Source: Propionibacterium freudenreichii subsp. freudenreichii
Lineage (GTDB): Bacteria; Actinomycetota; Actinomycetes; Propionibacteriales; Propionibacteriaceae
Reading direction: 5' to 3'
DNA: 32,000 nucleotides
Assembly (NCBI RefSeq): GCF_000940845.1
Contig: NZ_CP010341.1
Location: 1,290,001-1,322,000 of the forward strand
The notes beneath the pieces are model-generated. The model saw only the letters and a list, made by a program, of their open reading frames with translations, searched no databases and was not told where the DNA came from. Positions 1 through 8,851 of this stretch are shown in pieces (positions within the stretch are counted from its first letter, which is position 1; the number at the start of each line of letters is the position of its first letter). The translations under genes were made by a program, and so were the position numbers.

Positions 1-1631
1 CAGCCCTTGAGGGCGTCCGAGACCACCTCGCGGGCACCGTCCTGGAGCTCGCTGAGGTGCTGGGCACTGCGGTAGCTCTCGGCGTAGATCTTGTACTTGT
101 CCTCGGTTCCCGAGGGACGTGCGGCGAACCATCCCCCCTCGGTGGTCACCTTGACCCCGCCGATCGGGGCGTCATTACCCGGCGCATTCGTATAGATGTG
201 CGTGATCGGGTCGCCCGCCAGCACGGTCGCCGTCACATCCGAGGGCGACAATGCCTTGAGCCTGGCCTTCTGGGCCCGATCCGCCTCGGAATCGATGCGC
301 GCGTAGTAGTAGGTGCCGAATCTGGCCTCGAGTTCGCGGTAGTGCTCGCTCGGCGTCTTCGCGGTCCTGGCAGTGATCTCGGAGGCCAGCAGGTCCATGA
401 TGAGGCCGTCCTTGTCGGTCGTCCAGGTCTTGCCACCCAGCTCGAGGAAGGACGCACCGGCCGATTCCTCACCACCGAACCCGAGCTCGCCACTGATCAG
501 CCCGGGGACGAACCACTTGAATCCGACGGGAGTCTCGTAAAGGGAGCGCCCCAACAGCCCGGCTACGTTGTCGATCATGGTGCTCGACACCAGCGTCTTG
601 CCGACGGCAGTGTTGGACGCCCACCGGGGACGATTGCCGAACAGGTACTGGATCGCCACGGCCAGGTAATGGTTGGGGTTCATCAGTCCCCCGTCGGGTG
701 TCACGATGCCATGCCGATCGGAATCGGCATCATTGCCGGTGGCGATGTCGTACTGGTCGCGCTTGGCCACCAGGGAGGCCATCGCATCGGGCGAGGAGCA
801 ATCCATCCTGATCTGGCCATCGGTATCGAGCGTCATGAAATACCACGTCGGGTCAATGACCTTGTTGACCACGCTGAGGTTCGGCAGCATGTGCTCGCTG
901 ATGTATTCCCAGTACTGTTCGGAAGCCCCGCCCAGCGGGTCTGCACCGATATGCAGTCCCGAGGCCTTGATGGCCTCGATGTCAACCACACTCCGCAGAT
1001 CCTCGCAATAGCGACTCCGGTAGTCGAAGTGCTCCACCTGGTCCTTGGCACGCTCATAGGGAATGCGCTTGATCCCCTCGAGGTTGCCGAGCAGCTCATT
1101 GGCGCGTCCGGCAATCCATCCCGTGGCATCGGTGTCGGCCGGTCCCCCGTTCGTCGGGTTGTACTTGAATCCGCCGTCCCTGGGCGGATTGTGCGATGGC
1201 GTCACGACGATGCCGTCGGCCAGATCGCGTTCGCGTCCGCGGTTGTGCAGGATCACCGCCCGCGACAACGCCGGTGTCGGGGTGTATTCGTCCTCGGCCT
1301 CTGCGAGCACGTGGACGCCAGCCGCGACGAGCACCTCGATGGCCGTCTTCCATGCCGGGAGCGACAGGCCGTGGGGGTCCTTGGCCAGGTAGAGGGGGCC
1401 GGTGGTCCCCTGTGACGCCCGGTATTCGACGATCGCCGCGGTAATGGCGGCGATATGGGCTTCGTTGAATGCCGTGTCGAATGCTGATCCGCGGTGGCCC
1501 GATGTGCCGAAGACGACCTGTTGGTCGGGGTTCGTGGGATCGGGGCGCTTGTCGTAATAGGCGGCGATGAGCGCATCGACGTCGATGAGATCGGAGGGCT
1601 GAGCCGGCTGTCCGGCGCGTGGATCTGCCAT
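1..1631 (-). CDS. pgm: Phosphoglucomutase, alpha-D-glucose-phosphate specific (3' end cut by the window edge)
   Basis: Absent from the ORF track because its stop lies left of the window. Hand translation of the minus strand from ATG (complement of 1629-1631, preceded by GGAGAC) gives an open 543-codon frame: MADPRAGQPAQPSDLIDVDALIAAYYDKRPDP...GIVVTPSHNPPRDGGFKYNPTNGGPADT...GFGGEESAG...ARPSGTEDKYKIYAES. The TPSHNP phosphoserine loop and ~546-aa Pgm architecture fit; only a few C-terminal codons are missing. Confidence 0.85.
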   Translation of the reverse strand, partial: MADPRAGQPAQPSDLIDVDALIAAYYDKRPDPTNPDQQVVFGTSGHRGSAFDTAFNEAHIAAITAAIVEYRASQGTTGPLYLAKDPHGLSLPAWKTAIEVLVAAGVHVLAEAEDEYTPTPALSRAVILHNRGRERDLADGIVVTPSHNPPRDGGFKYNPTNGGPADTDATGWIAGRANELLGNLEGIKRIPYERAKDQVEHFDYRSRYCEDLRSVVDIEAIKASGLHIGADPLGGASEQYWEYISEHMLPNLSVVNKVIDPTWYFMTLDTDGQIRMDCSSPDAMASLVAKRDQYDIATGNDADSDRHGIVTPDGGLMNPNHYLAVAIQYLFGNRPRWASNTAVGKTLVSSTMIDNVAGLLGRSLYETPVGFKWFVPGLISGELGFGGEESAGASFLELGGKTWTTDKDGLIMDLLASEITARTAKTPSEHYRELEARFGTYYYARIDSEADRAQKARLKALSPSDVTATVLAGDPITHIYTNAPGNDAPIGGVKVTTEGGWFAARPSGTEDKYKIYAESYRSAQHLSELQDGAREVVSDALKG

Positions 1632-1762
1632 GTCTCCATCATGGCGCAGCCGGTGGCGCAATGGGCGTCATGGTGGTGATCGGTTCCTGTGAGCAGCCCG
1701 GGCTCCCGTGCCCCGCATCGCCCCGATCGCTCCCCGGGCCGGGGGTGGAAGAATAGGGAGAC

Positions 1763-2755
1763 ATGAGCCAACCTCTCACGCCTCGTCAACCGTCCGGTCC
1801 GCAGGGTCCCGCCCGCGGTCAGTCGTCCGCTGCCCCGCAGGGCCATGCCCCCTCGGCACATTCCGACTTCTCCCGACCCGGCGCCATCGACCTGTCCAAG
1901 ATCGCCGCCACCTCCCCCGCTGCCCCGCAGCCCGGTCAGGCCGGCGCGTCCACGGGCAGCTACGTCGTCGACGTCACGGAGGCCGAACTCAATGACGTGA
2001 TCCAGCAATCGGTCAACTATCCGGTGATCCTGGCGCTGTTGTCGGCCAATGACCCGGGCAGCAACCAGCTGCGCTCCATGCTCACCAGGCTGGCCGACGA
2101 GTCCGCCGGCCGCTGGCTGCTCGCCGTGGTCGATATCGACACCCAGCCGCGCATCGCGCAGGCGCTCCAGGTGACGGCCATCCCCACTGTGCTCGCCCTG
2201 CTGGCCGGTCAGGCGATCCCGCTGTTCCAGGGCACCGCCGACGGGGCCCAGGTGCGCGGCGTGCTCGAGCAGGTCATGGCCTCCGCCGTGGCAAATGGCG
2301 TGGCAGGCCATGTCAAGCCCGTCTCCCACGGGGAGGCCGGCCCCGATCCGCGCTTCGCCGCAGCCGACACGGCGATGGAGGCCGAGGACTACGACCGGGC
2401 GGCCGACGAGTTCGGCAAGCTTCTGGCGGCCAATCCCAAGGACAGCGAGGCCGCTGCCGGGCAGGCCACCGCACGGCTGATGTCGCGCGCCGCGAATGCC
2501 GATCCGGAAGCGACGCTTGCCGCCGCCAAGGCGGCACCCGACGACGTACCGGCGGCGATGGCCGCCTCCGACGTCGACATGATTGCCGGGCGTCCCAAGG
2601 ACGCCTTCGGCCGCCTGATCGGCCTCATCCGCACCACTGCCGGCGACGAGCGCGACGCAGTCCGCACGCGGCTCCTGGAGCTGTTCGAGACCATGGACCA
2701 GGCCGATCCCGAACTGCTGGCCGCACGTCGCGCCCTCGGGGCGGCCCTGTACTAG
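1763..2755 (+). CDS. Thioredoxin-domain plus TPR co-chaperone (YbbN/CnoX-like; Rv1324-like)
   Basis: Track ORF of 330 aa, with ATG 1763 preceded by AGGGAGAC. A disordered P/Q/G-rich N-terminus is followed by a thioredoxin-fold region (VVDVTEAELNDVIQQSVNYPVILALL...AIPTVLALLAGQAIPLFQG) lacking a CxxC motif. The C-terminus is TPR-like (AMEAEDYDRAADEFGKLLAANPKDSEA...). Confidence 0.75.
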   Translation: MSQPLTPRQPSGPQGPARGQSSAAPQGHAPSAHSDFSRPGAIDLSKIAATSPAAPQPGQAGASTGSYVVDVTEAELNDVIQQSVNYPVILALLSANDPGSNQLRSMLTRLADESAGRWLLAVVDIDTQPRIAQALQVTAIPTVLALLAGQAIPLFQGTADGAQVRGVLEQVMASAVANGVAGHVKPVSHGEAGPDPRFAAADTAMEAEDYDRAADEFGKLLAANPKDSEAAAGQATARLMSRAANADPEATLAAAKAAPDDVPAAMAASDVDMIAGRPKDAFGRLIGLIRTTAGDERDAVRTRLLELFETMDQADPELLAARRALGAALY

Positions 2756-2840
2756 GCCCCCGCTCCCGGCCGAGCGCCTTTTCGGCACTTCTCACCGCGG
2801 CCCTTTCTCCAGGGCCCGGATTTGAGACCGCGCGGCGTGT

Positions 2841-2879
2841 GGTTCCTCCGTTCCCGACGACCACCGGACCGGAGGAACC
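2841..2879. promoter_or_regulatory. Perfect 10-bp inverted repeat (GGTTCCTCCG / CGGAGGAACC) with a 19-nt loop, in the ybbN-like/mce spacer
   Basis: Read directly: 2841-2850 ggttcctccg pairs with 2870-2879 cggaggaacc. No T-tract follows. It could be a U-tail-less terminator for the upstream gene or a leader structure for mce. Confidence 0.35.
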
Positions 2880-2986
2880 CCCGCCGCGGTGCCGGCGGCA
2901 ATATCCGCGCGGTAACACCGACCCGGGACGGATGGATGCGAATACCATCTGGTCACATCGCGGCGGCATTGTGGGATGATGGCCCC

Positions 2987-3433
2987 ATGAGTAATGAGGA
3001 TCTTTTCATCTGTATCGATCACGTGGCATATGCGTGCCCCGACGCCGACGAGGCTTCCAAGTACTACCAGGAGACCTTCGGCTGGCATGAGCTCCACCGC
3101 GAGGAGAACCCGGAGCAGGGAGTCGTCGAGATCATGATGGCCCCGGCTGCGAAGCTGACCGAGCACATGACCCAGGTTCAGGTCATGGCCCCGCTCAACG
3201 ACGAGTCGACCGTTGCCAAGTGGCTTGCCAAGCACAATGGTCGCGCCGGACTGCACCACATGGCATGGCGTGTCGATGACATCGACGCCGTCAGCGCCAC
3301 CCTGCGCGAGCGCGGCGTGCAGCTGCTGTATGACGAGCCCAAGCTCGGCACCGGCGGCAACCGCATCAACTTCATGCATCCCAAGTCGGGCAAGGGCGTG
3401 CTCATCGAGCTCACCCAGTACCCGAAGAACTGA
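2987..3433 (+). CDS. mce: Methylmalonyl-CoA epimerase (VOC/glyoxalase fold)
   Basis: The 148-aa product from ATG 2987 is MSNEDLFICIDHVAYACPDADEASKYYQETFGWHELHREENPEQGVVEIMM...HHMAWRVDDIDAVSATLRERGVQLLYDEPKLGTGGNRINFMHPKSGKGVLIELTQYPKN. This matches the propionibacterial epimerase as I remember it. The track ORF start at 2822 (TTG) is a false N-terminal extension. Confidence 0.9.
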   Translation: MSNEDLFICIDHVAYACPDADEASKYYQETFGWHELHREENPEQGVVEIMMAPAAKLTEHMTQVQVMAPLNDESTVAKWLAKHNGRAGLHHMAWRVDDIDAVSATLRERGVQLLYDEPKLGTGGNRINFMHPKSGKGVLIELTQYPKN

Positions 3434-3588
3434 CTGCGAGTAGTCGATTAGTCGCCCGCGGGTCCTGATCACCACCGACCCGGCGACATCTGCCTGTGGC
3501 GCATCCATCGTCGGATGCGCCACAGCTGCGTTCACGACCACTTTCACCCCACCGCCACCCACCAGCTTCCGAGAAGGGAACGCCGCCC

Positions 3589-4164
3589 ATGATGCGAGTG
3601 CGCCAGGCCATCGCCAGGATCGGGTGGGCGATCAGTCCCTACCAGCTGGTCGGCCGGGAACTGACCAGCGAGCCGGGCGTGGTCCTGGGCGCGCCCCACA
3701 CCAGTAACTGGGATTTCATCGCCTTCCTGGGCGTGTCCTGGTATTACCGGGTGCCACTCAAGGTGCTGGTGAAGAAGTCGTGGATGCGGGGGCCCCTGTG
3801 GGCCCTCGGAAAGGCCCTCGGCGCCGTGGCGGTGGATCGTGCCCATCCCGGACAGGTGGTGGAGCACCTGGTGGCGCAGGCAGAGCAGGGACACTCCTTC
3901 AAGCTCGTCATCGCCCCCAAGGGGACCCGGTCACCTCGCCAGTACTGGAAGTCCGGCTTCTACCGGATCGCACTGGGTGCCGGGCTGCCGGTGACGCTGG
4001 CGGGCATCGATGCCGGTCGCCGACAGGTCGAGGTCGGACCCACGATCCGCTTGACCGGCGATGTCCATGCCGACATGGATCGCATCCGTGCCTTCTACGA
4101 CCGCTTCGATGGCGTCCACCCGCAACTGCGCTCCGACCCGCGGCTGCGCGAGGAGGACTCCTGA
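3589..4164 (+). CDS. PlsC-family 1-acyl-sn-glycerol-3-phosphate acyltransferase-like protein
   Basis: ATG 3589 is preceded by GAGAAGGGAA 9 nt upstream. The HX4D acyltransferase motif is present (APHTSNWDF), with downstream IAPKGTRS and FYRIALGAGLPV blocks. The track start at 3496 is probably too early. Confidence 0.7.
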   Translation: MMRVRQAIARIGWAISPYQLVGRELTSEPGVVLGAPHTSNWDFIAFLGVSWYYRVPLKVLVKKSWMRGPLWALGKALGAVAVDRAHPGQVVEHLVAQAEQGHSFKLVIAPKGTRSPRQYWKSGFYRIALGAGLPVTLAGIDAGRRQVEVGPTIRLTGDVHADMDRIRAFYDRFDGVHPQLRSDPRLREEDS

Positions 4165-4322
4165 CCGGGCCGTCGCGCGGTCACGGCGACATCCAGATCC
4201 GCATCCACCCGACAAGTACACCTGCCAGAGCCTGGTCGGATGCCCCCACGTCCGGGCGGTTCACAAGTTCAATCCCGCCCGGAATTGGTAGCCTCGATCC
4301 AGACCTGCCCGAGGAGCCTTCG

Positions 4323-6116
4323 ATGAGCCAATACGACGACAGCCACACCGGTGATGACCAGAGCGAGGAGACCGGCCTAAACCTCTTCGACGACCGGGCC
4401 AGCGCGGCCGGGAGCTTTCCCCACGCGATGATGGGATACGACCGGAGCACGGTCGACAACTACGTACGTGACCTGGAGCAGCGTCTCTCAGCAGCCCGCC
4501 AGCTCAATCGCGATCGGCTGCGCGACCTCGAGTCACTGAAGTCCGAGCAGGGGACGACCGACTTCACCCGGTTGGGTGCACATGCCACCAACCTGCTGCG
4601 CGCCGCCGAGGCCCAGGCCGACGACCTGGTGACCAAGGCCGGGGTCGAGGCCGAGCGCATCAAGGAGGAAGGCCGCCGCGTTGCGGCCGACCTGCGCGCC
4701 AATGCCCAGACCGAAGCCGATGATGTGCGTGTCTCCGGGCTGACGAACCTGCGCAACCTGCGCAAGGAGACCGAGCAACAGACGCAATCGGTCATCGCGC
4801 ACGCGAAGGAACAGGCCGCCACCGTGGTGGCCTCGGCCGAGCAGCAGGCGCAGGCCGTGATCCAGGAGGCCGAGCAGCAGGCCGAGATCTTGGCACACAA
4901 GGCCGACGACGCCGCGAAGGCCTCGGAGCAGCAGAACCAGCAGAAGGCGGCCCAGACCGCACTGGAGGCAAAGAACCGGGCCCAGGAGATCGAGGCCCAG
5001 GCCCACATCCAGGCAGAGCAGATCCTTGCCGGTGCACGTCGTGACGGGGAGGCCACGAAGGCCAAGGCCCAGCAGGCGCTCACCGATGCCCACGCGCAGG
5101 CCGACCAGGTGCTGGCCGACGCCAGGCGCGAGGCCGATGCCACCAGGGCAAAGGCGGAGGCCGCCCTAGCCGACGCGCACGCGAAGGCCGACGAGATCCT
5201 GGCCGATGCCCGCAACGAGGCACAGGCGACGAAGGCGAACGCTGAGTCGACCCTGGCTGACGCGCACACCAAGGGCGAGGAGATCCTTGCCGATACGCGC
5301 CGCGAGGCCGATGCCACCAAGGCCTCCGCCGAATCCCAGGCCAGCGAGCTGGTGGACAAGGGCAAGCAGGAAGCCGCGGACGCGCGAGCCCAGGGGCAGG
5401 CCCAGGCCAAGCAGATCCTGGACCAGGCCCGCGCCCAGGCCGATCAGATCCAGGCCGACGCACACGACGCAGCCCAGAAGGCGTTGGACGCCGCATCCGC
5501 CCAGGCGGACAAGGTGCGCAAGGACATCGATGCGCTCCTGGCGCAGAGCACCAAGACGGCCCAGGAATCGGCCGCCCGGGTGAAGGCCCAGGCCGATCAG
5601 GTGGCCGAGTTGAGCGCCAAGGCGCTGGCTACCGCCGAGCAGAGCAAGACCGACGGCGTGCGCGAAGCGGAATCGCAGGTCGCGGCCGCCCATCGCCAGT
5701 CCGCGATGATGAAGGATCGCCTCGAGGAGCAGTACGCCTGGCGCAAGGAACAGCTCGAACGCGAGACGCACGCCCTCGAGCTGCGCAAGGACGCCGTCCT
5801 GGCCCAGTTGTCGAATGTGCGGGCGCTTGCCCAGGAATCCGTGGCCGACTTCCCCAACACCGACTCGCTGACCAACGCCGCCCTGTCGCTGGCTGATGGC
5901 ACCTCCACCGGACCCGACGCCACCATGGCCCTGAAGGCGACCGTGGGCCCCGAGGGACAGCAGTCGGGGGGGCACGAGGACGATCAGCAGTGGCTGGCGC
6001 ACTCGGGCGACAATGGGGCGACGGATGCCTCACCCGACGAGGAAACCACCATGCTGAAGACCAAGGACCCCCAGGGGGAACCGCGCAGCTCGCGGCGGAA
6101 CAAGAAGTCCCGCTGA
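4323..6116 (+). CDS. DivIVA-domain long coiled-coil protein (often annotated cellulose-binding/AbpS-like in Actinobacteria)
   Basis: ATG 4323 is preceded by GAGGAGCC. The N-terminal DivIVA-type motif is FPHAMMGYDRSTVDNYVRDLEQRL. About 450 aa of A/E/Q/K/D-rich heptad-like sequence follow, then a basic tail (SSRRNKKSR). The track ORF start at 3780 overlaps the acyltransferase in another frame and is rejected. Confidence 0.7.
   Translation: MSQYDDSHTGDDQSEETGLNLFDDRASAAGSFPHAMMGYDRSTVDNYVRDLEQRLSAARQLNRDRLRDLESLKSEQGTTDFTRLGAHATNLLRAAEAQADDLVTKAGVEAERIKEEGRRVAADLRANAQTEADDVRVSGLTNLRNLRKETEQQTQSVIAHAKEQAATVVASAEQQAQAVIQEAEQQAEILAHKADDAAKASEQQNQQKAAQTALEAKNRAQEIEAQAHIQAEQILAGARRDGEATKAKAQQALTDAHAQADQVLADARREADATRAKAEAALADAHAKADEILADARNEAQATKANAESTLADAHTKGEEILADTRREADATKASAESQASELVDKGKQEAADARAQGQAQAKQILDQARAQADQIQADAHDAAQKALDAASAQADKVRKDIDALLAQSTKTAQESAARVKAQADQVAELSAKALATAEQSKTDGVREAESQVAAAHRQSAMMKDRLEEQYAWRKEQLERETHALELRKDAVLAQLSNVRALAQESVADFPNTDSLTNAALSLADGTSTGPDATMALKATVGPEGQQSGGHEDDQQWLAHSGDNGATDASPDEETTMLKTKDPQGEPRSSRRNKKSR
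5052..5312 (+). repeat. Three in-frame 87-bp (29-aa) tandem repeats inside the DivIVA-like gene
   Basis: Units start at 5052, 5139 and 5226. They encode ATKAKAQQALTDAHAQADQVLADARREAD / ATRAKAEAALADAHAKADEILADARNEAQ / ATKANAESTLADAHTKGEEILADTRREAD. A fourth, degenerate unit follows to about 5399. Confidence 0.85.
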
Positions 6117-6123
6117 CCGTGCC

Positions 6124-6149
6124 GGGTCGGCGGCCAGAACCGCCGGCCC
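6124..6149. terminator. GC-rich hairpin between the convergent DivIVA-like and nucS genes (candidate bidirectional terminator)
   Basis: gggtcggcgg (6124-6133), loop ccagaa, then ccgccggccc (6140-6149). The stem is 10 bp with one T:G position. It sits in the 40-bp gap between stops at 6116 and 6157. There is no U-tract, which is common in high-GC actinobacteria. Confidence 0.45.
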
Positions 6150-6156
6150 CGTCGGC

Positions 6157-6867
6157 TCAGAACAGGCGTTCCTCCGCGTTGTCGATGCCCCGCAATGCGT
6201 CATAGTCGACTGTCACGCAGTCGATGTGGCGGGTGCTTGCCAGCACCTTTGCCTGCGGCTTGATGAGTTGTGCGGCGAAGACACCCCGCACCGGTGCCAG
6301 CAGGGGGTCGGCATTCATCAGCTCGAGGTACCGCGTGAGCTGTTCCACTCCGTCGATCTCGCCGCGTCGCTTCACCTCAACCGCCACGTATCCCCCGTCG
6401 TCACTGCGCAGCAGGAGATCGACCGGACCGATGGCAGTGGGGAATTCTCGGCGCACCAATCGATAGCCCTTGCCGAAGGTCTGTGGGTTCTCCGCCAGCA
6501 GTGCCTGCAGATGGGCCTCGACTCCGTCCTTCTGCAGTCCCGGATCGATGCCCAGATCGTATTCATGATCGTCGATGATCTCGGCGATGGCGATCTGGAG
6601 GATGTCACCGCTGCGGGCCTTGACCATCCACACCTGGTCGATCTCGGCATCGAGGTCGGCCGTTGTGGCCGCAAGGTCCTGCGGCGCATCCAGGACGGTG
6701 AGAGTGCAGGGCGGGCTCATCCAGTTCAGGGGCTTGTAGGCGCGGTCATCGCTGTGCACGGCAACTGAGCCGTCGGATTTGATGATGATGAGCCGCTTCG
6801 CCATGGGTAGGTGGGCAGTCAATCTTCCGCCGTAGTCAACCTGGCAGCGGGCTATAACAACGCGCAC
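6157..6867 (-). CDS. nucS: Endonuclease NucS (EndoMS), mismatch-specific endonuclease
   Basis: The product from GTG (complement of 6865-6867) is [54 protein letters not shown]...[47 protein letters not shown]...[25 protein letters not shown]...[30 protein letters not shown]. It is collinear with mycobacterial NucS as I recall it. The first 127 codons of the track ORF are a false extension. Confidence 0.9.
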   Translation of the reverse strand: MRVVIARCQVDYGGRLTAHLPMAKRLIIIKSDGSVAVHSDDRAYKPLNWMSPPCTLTVLDAPQDLAATTADLDAEIDQVWMVKARSGDILQIAIAEIIDDHEYDLGIDPGLQKDGVEAHLQALLAENPQTFGKGYRLVRREFPTAIGPVDLLLRSDDGGYVAVEVKRRGEIDGVEQLTRYLELMNADPLLAPVRGVFAAQLIKPQAKVLASTRHIDCVTVDYDALRGIDNAEERLF

Positions 6868-6960
6868 GGCGTACACGGTAGCAGGGCGTTCCAGCCGATC
6901 GCCGGGCCGAGCGAGGCCGCTGCCACCACCTGTTCGGACGGGCCGATTAGTCTTGGACGC

Positions 6961-7239
6961 ATGGGTCACCACCGTCCGAGCAAGCATCTTCGCGCCGCGC
7001 GCCCGTTGAACGTCGGCGCCATGCGCACGGCCGTGCAGAAGTACGACGGACGCTGGATCGTGCAGCAGATCGTGGCAGGACGCTCCGTCAAGGAGTACCG
7101 CTGTCCGGAATGCAACCGCATGATCCCGGCGGGCACCGCGCACGTGGTCGCGTGGCTCGAAACGCCCCCGATCGGCGCAATTTCGCCGGTTGAGTTCCGT
7201 CATCACTTTCACACCTCCTGCTGGAATAGGCGGCCATGA
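6961..7239 (+). CDS. Small conserved actinobacterial protein with a CxxC...HxxC zinc-ribbon-like motif (Rv1322-like neighbour of nucS)
   Basis: Divergent from nucS. It contains [20 protein letters not shown]...[16 protein letters not shown] 6961 is chosen, with ATG 7021 as an alternative; neither has a strong RBS. Its stop overlaps the next start (ATGA at 7236-7239). Confidence 0.55.
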   Translation: MGHHRPSKHLRAARPLNVGAMRTAVQKYDGRWIVQQIVAGRSVKEYRCPECNRMIPAGTAHVVAWLETPPIGAISPVEFRHHFHTSCWNRRP

Positions 7240-8066
7240 ACCAGTCATCCGGGTCCCTTCACGTCACGACGATCGGCTCCGGGCCGGCCACTGCGGTGTT
7301 CCTGCACGGCCTGCTCGGCCAGGGCAAGAACCTGGCGGGTGCGGCCAAGGCCCTTGATGGCGTGGCGACCAGCCTGCTCATCGATGCCCCGAACCACGGG
7401 CTGTCACCCTGGACCGGGGAATTCGACTACCGGGCCATGGGCGACGCCGTGGCCGCCGAACTCAAACACCGCGGCGCCGCACGCAAACCGGTGGTCCTCA
7501 TCGGGCACTCGATGGGTGGCAAGACCGCGATGTGCCTCACCCTGGACCACCCGGAGCTCGTCGAGAAGCTGTGCGTCGTGGACATTGCGCCGGTCAGGTA
7601 CAGCCACTCAAAGTTCTTCACCGGCCTCATCTCCGCCATGCGCGGCCTTGACCTCGCCGCCCTGGGATCACGGCGCCAGGCTGACCAGTCCCTGACCCAG
7701 CAGATCCCCGACCCGGTCATTCGTGGCTTCGTGCTGCAGAACCTTCACCACGGGCCGTCCACGCCGGCGCTCGGGGACCGCGGACCCGAGACCTGGCATT
7801 GGCGCGCCAACCTGGCTCTTCTGGCCCGGGCGCTGCCCCAGATGGAGGCCTTTCCCGACTTCGCCGGGCGCCACTGGGACGGACCCACCCTGTGGGTCTC
7901 GGGTGGCAAGTCGGACTATGTGCAACCCGCCTACCACGCGGCCATGCAGGCGCTGTTCCCCCGGGTTGAGCTGGTGACCGTGCCGGGCGCCGCCCACTGG
8001 GTACACGCCGACGAACCCGCCGAGTTCGGGCAGCTGCTCCGCAACTTCGTCACGCACGGTGAGTGA
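7236..8066 (+). CDS. Alpha/beta-fold hydrolase (YbfF-like esterase)
   Basis: 276 aa, with the oxyanion-region HGLLG, the nucleophile elbow GHSMGG and a C-terminal [11 protein letters not shown] histidine block. It is translationally coupled to the upstream small gene. Confidence 0.8.
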   Translation: MNQSSGSLHVTTIGSGPATAVFLHGLLGQGKNLAGAAKALDGVATSLLIDAPNHGLSPWTGEFDYRAMGDAVAAELKHRGAARKPVVLIGHSMGGKTAMCLTLDHPELVEKLCVVDIAPVRYSHSKFFTGLISAMRGLDLAALGSRRQADQSLTQQIPDPVIRGFVLQNLHHGPSTPALGDRGPETWHWRANLALLARALPQMEAFPDFAGRHWDGPTLWVSGGKSDYVQPAYHAAMQALFPRVELVTVPGAAHWVHADEPAEFGQLLRNFVTHGE

Positions 8067-8144
8067 GCGCCACGCACTGCGCCGCGGACAGATTCCCCGC
8101 TGCTCCCCACCGCCATTCCGCAACTGCCGATTAGGGTAAGAGAC

Positions 8145-8753
8145 ATGGTAAACATCACGCGCGTCTACACCCGCACCGGCGACGCCGGCACCACCCGCCT
8201 GTCCAACAACGAAGTTGCTCCCAAGACCGATCCCCGTGTGCAGGCATACGGGCAGGTGGACGAGACCAACTGCACGATCGGGGTGGCCCTGACGCTCGAC
8301 CCCAGCGACGACATGCAGAAGGTGCTCGCGATCGTGCAGAATGAGCTGTTCGACGTCGGCGCCGACCTGTCGAGTCCCGTGGTGTCCGATCCCAAGTTCA
8401 GGCCGGTACGCGTGGACCAGACCTCGGTGGATCGCCTGGAGAAGTGGATCGACGAGTTCGGTGAGGACCTGCCGGCACTGCGCTCATTCATCCTGCCCGG
8501 GGGAAGTCCGCTGGCCGCACAGCTCCACGTGGCCCGATCAACCTGCCGCCGCGCCGAGCGGGCCGCCTGGGAGGCCGTCGAGGCCTTCGGCGGCGAGGAC
8601 GGAAGCTCCGAGCCCAAGGGTGGGGTGAGCCTGATCGCGGTGAAGTACCTCAACCGGCTCTCGGACCTGCTGTTCAATCTGTCGCGCCATGCCAACTACG
8701 AGGCGGAACACGACGAGGTGCTCTGGGTGCCCGACGGCGAGCGTGAGGTCTGA
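8145..8753 (+). CDS. pduO: PduO-type ATP:cob(I)alamin adenosyltransferase
   Basis: The N-terminus ITRVYTRTGDAGTTRL...PKTDPRVQAYGQVDE, followed by ...VQNELFDVGADL...LRSFILPGGS...AQLHVARSTCRRAER, is the hallmark PduO/MMAB pattern. The position is analogous to Rv1314c. Confidence 0.85.
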   Translation: MVNITRVYTRTGDAGTTRLSNNEVAPKTDPRVQAYGQVDETNCTIGVALTLDPSDDMQKVLAIVQNELFDVGADLSSPVVSDPKFRPVRVDQTSVDRLEKWIDEFGEDLPALRSFILPGGSPLAAQLHVARSTCRRAERAAWEAVEAFGGEDGSSEPKGGVSLIAVKYLNRLSDLLFNLSRHANYEAEHDEVLWVPDGEREV

Positions 8754-8851
8754 GCGAGGCGTGGTGCCGCGCACTGCCGAACCCGCGTGACCCGGAGAGG
8801 CCCCGGCCGCCACTTGCACCCCCCAACGGCCTGCCCACAACCCAGCACCAA

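Noticed and set aside
57-1415. 452-aa plus-strand ORF (and several nested ORFs) covering the left end
   Set aside because: It is antisense to a clearly recognisable pgm frame. The product is Arg/Gly/Val-rich with no recognisable motifs, a typical high-GC shadow ORF.
1253-2788. 511-aa minus-strand ORF
   Set aside because: It is antisense to the ybbN-like gene and overlaps the pgm 5' end out of frame. Its composition is R/G/P-rich and low-complexity, and it has no RBS.
2756-2986. Possible cobalamin riboswitch upstream of mce, given the B12-related neighbourhood
   Set aside because: I could not find a B12-box-like consensus or the characteristic multi-stem layout, only simple hairpins. An Infernal scan would be decisive.
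2792-3562. 256-aa minus-strand ORF
   Set aside because: It is antisense to mce, whose product is unambiguous.
3780-4322. N-terminal 181 codons of the 778-aa track ORF
   Set aside because: This part overlaps the acyltransferase gene in another frame and is R/G/P-rich. The DivIVA-like protein has a good RBS and ATG at 4323.
4460-6002. 316-aa and 278-aa minus-strand ORFs (4460-5410 and 5166-6002)
   Set aside because: They are shadow frames of the Ala-rich repetitive coiled-coil gene (GCC/GGC symmetry). The products are S/A/C- or G/L/R-rich nonsense.
6868-7248. Upstream 127 codons of the 363-aa nucS track ORF
   Set aside because: NucS homology begins at [12 protein letters not shown] (GTG 6867). 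The extension overlaps the divergent small gene and has no homology signal.
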